From the NCBI GenBank assembly GCA_036845085.1, contig DAIUEN010000032.1, positions 1 to 5,751 of the forward strand: 5,751 nt of DNA, in the 5' to 3' direction. The position numbers and the translations under genes were made by a program. Under the pieces are notes generated by a model. The model did no database searches, was not told where the DNA came from, and was given only the letters and a program-made list of their open reading frames with translations. The stretch's first letter is position 1; each line of letters opens with the position of its first letter. Shown in pieces: positions 5,141 to 5,751 of the stretch. The DNA comes from Candidatus Nanopusillus sp. (GTDB lineage Archaea; Nanobdellota; Nanobdellia; Nanobdellales; Nanobdellaceae).

Positions 5141-5350
5141 TTATTCTTCAGATATAAGTTGAATAAGTATAGCATTAACAGGACATGATCTTACAGCTAT
5201 GAGTGCATTATTTATTTCTTCTTCATTCTCTAAAATTTTTTTATTTATAAAAATTTTTCCATTTTTAATACCAAAGATATTTCTATCTATTATATAACAT
5301 AACATACAGCCAGTACATTTATTATAGTCTATATCTATATAATATTTCAT
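5141..5350 (-). CDS. Small ferredoxin-like protein, single Fe-S cluster type (divergent paralog)
   Basis: 69 aa with exactly four Cys, arranged C12-x2-C15-x2-C18 ... C56-P. This is the ligand pattern of single-cluster [4Fe-4S]/[3Fe-4S] ferredoxins. It has the same length and C-terminal EE as its upstream neighbour, from which it is separated by 12 nt. Confidence 0.7.
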   Translation of the reverse strand: MKYYIDIDYNKCTGCMLCYIIDRNIFGIKNGKIFINKKILENEEEINNALIAVRSCPVNAILIQLISEE

Positions 5351-5362
5351 AAAAAATATAAA

Positions 5363-5572
5363 TTATTCTTCTTTAATCTTTATAGCGCCGGTAGGACATG
5401 CATTTGCCGCTTCTTTAGCTTTTTCCATTAAATTTTCATCAGTAACTTCATTTAATTTACTATGACTTTTTCCATCAGTATCCCATTCAAATATTTCTGG
5501 GGCTATTGCTATACATGCTCCACAAGCAATACACAAATTTTTATCAACCCATACATTTAATTTTTTTGTCAT
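5363..5572 (-). CDS. fdx: Ferredoxin, single [4Fe-4S] cluster (Pyrococcus/Thermotoga type)
   Basis: VWVDKNLCIACGACIAIAPEIFEWDTDGK...AKEAANACPTGAIKI contains C14-x2-C17-x2-C20 ... C59-P. Overall it resembles the roughly 60-70-aa monocluster ferredoxins of thermophilic archaea and bacteria, as I recall them. Confidence 0.88.
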   Translation of the reverse strand: MTKKLNVWVDKNLCIACGACIAIAPEIFEWDTDGKSHSKLNEVTDENLMEKAKEAANACPTGAIKIKEE

Positions 5573-5616
5573 ATAATGTTATATAAACTTTTTATTATTT
5601 AAGTCTTATTTAATTT
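5573..5616. promoter_or_regulatory. Compact 44-bp divergent promoter region between the ferredoxin and the Cas4-like gene
   Basis: Plus-strand TTATATAAA at 5579..5587 lies 30-38 nt before ATG 5617. Minus-strand TTAAATAAT (5594..5602) lies about 22-30 nt before ATG 5572. Both are TATA-like, but the whole gap is AT-rich. Confidence 0.3.
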
Positions 5617-5751
5617 ATGATAGAAAAAGCTTTCGTTAGAGTAACTGATATTACAGATTATTTATTTTGTAAAAGAAAAGTATATTTAAAGAGAGTTCTT
5701 AACTATAAAGAAGAAAAAAACGAAAAATCTTTAATCGGTTCTATAATACAT
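5617..5751 (+). CDS. N-terminal 45 codons of a Cas4/RecB-like PD-(D/E)XK nuclease (DUF83/COG1468-like); the gene continues beyond the window
   Basis: My own translation: MIEKAFVRVTDITDYLFCKRKVYLKRVLNYKEEKNEKSLIGSIIH. The frame stays open to the last base. The pattern V(S/T)D...Y..C.R+.YL ... G..IH matches the Cas4-family N-terminus, which has the first Fe-S Cys followed by a G..H helix. The catalytic core is not visible in this window. Confidence 0.5.
   Translation, partial: MIEKAFVRVTDITDYLFCKRKVYLKRVLNYKEEKNEKSLIGSIIH

Noticed and set aside
5108-5141. Functional coupling of the ferredoxins to the membrane triplet as a membrane-bound electron-transfer complex
   Set aside because: The membrane proteins contain no Cys and almost no conserved His or acidic residues within their TM segments. 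A separate TATA box lies between the two gene sets. Adjacency alone is insufficient.
1-5751. Scan for CRISPR repeats, tRNA/rRNA genes, IS elements, terminal inverted repeats and long hairpins
   Set aside because: The non-coding space is limited to a few gaps of 73 bp or less plus the left edge. I saw no spaced direct repeats, cloverleaf-compatible segments or transposase-like ORFs by eye. This was a manual scan only, so small ncRNAs cannot be excluded.

Overview
Very AT-rich, gene-dense archaeal window; the archaeal call rests on clear exosome Rrp4 and Rrp41 genes. The minus strand carries eight co-directional genes with gaps of 73 bp or less, in three apparent units. Unit 1 is two tandem 69-aa single-cluster ferredoxins (5572..5141). 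Unit 2 is three tandem paralogous membrane proteins of about 5 TM segments and unknown function (5108..3264), each ending in a different low-complexity tail: Gly/Ser-rich, poly-Gln, Ser/Lys-rich. Unit 3 is a four-CBS protein, then Rrp4, then Rrp41 (3190..691), joined by TAATG and ATGA overlaps; the C-terminal ~115 aa of the CBS protein looks to me like an HPF/RaiA-type ribosome-hibernation domain. No Rrp42 gene follows rrp41; a convergent gene ends 3 bp away instead. On the plus strand, the left edge has a possible 45-aa Lys-rich small ORF overlapping a 160-aa Tyr-rich hypothetical protein. The right edge has the first 45 codons of a Cas4/RecB-like PD-(D/E)XK nuclease. TTATATA-type TATA boxes sit about 25-30 nt upstream of several ATGs, which suggests leaderless or near-leaderless transcripts. 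I saw no rRNA, tRNA, CRISPR array or mobile element. The two best candidates for novelty are the CBS-HPF-like fusion co-transcribed with the exosome genes and the triplicated membrane-protein family. Lineage cannot be resolved from this window; a small-genome, AT-rich archaeon such as a DPANN/Nanoarchaeota-like organism is only a guess.
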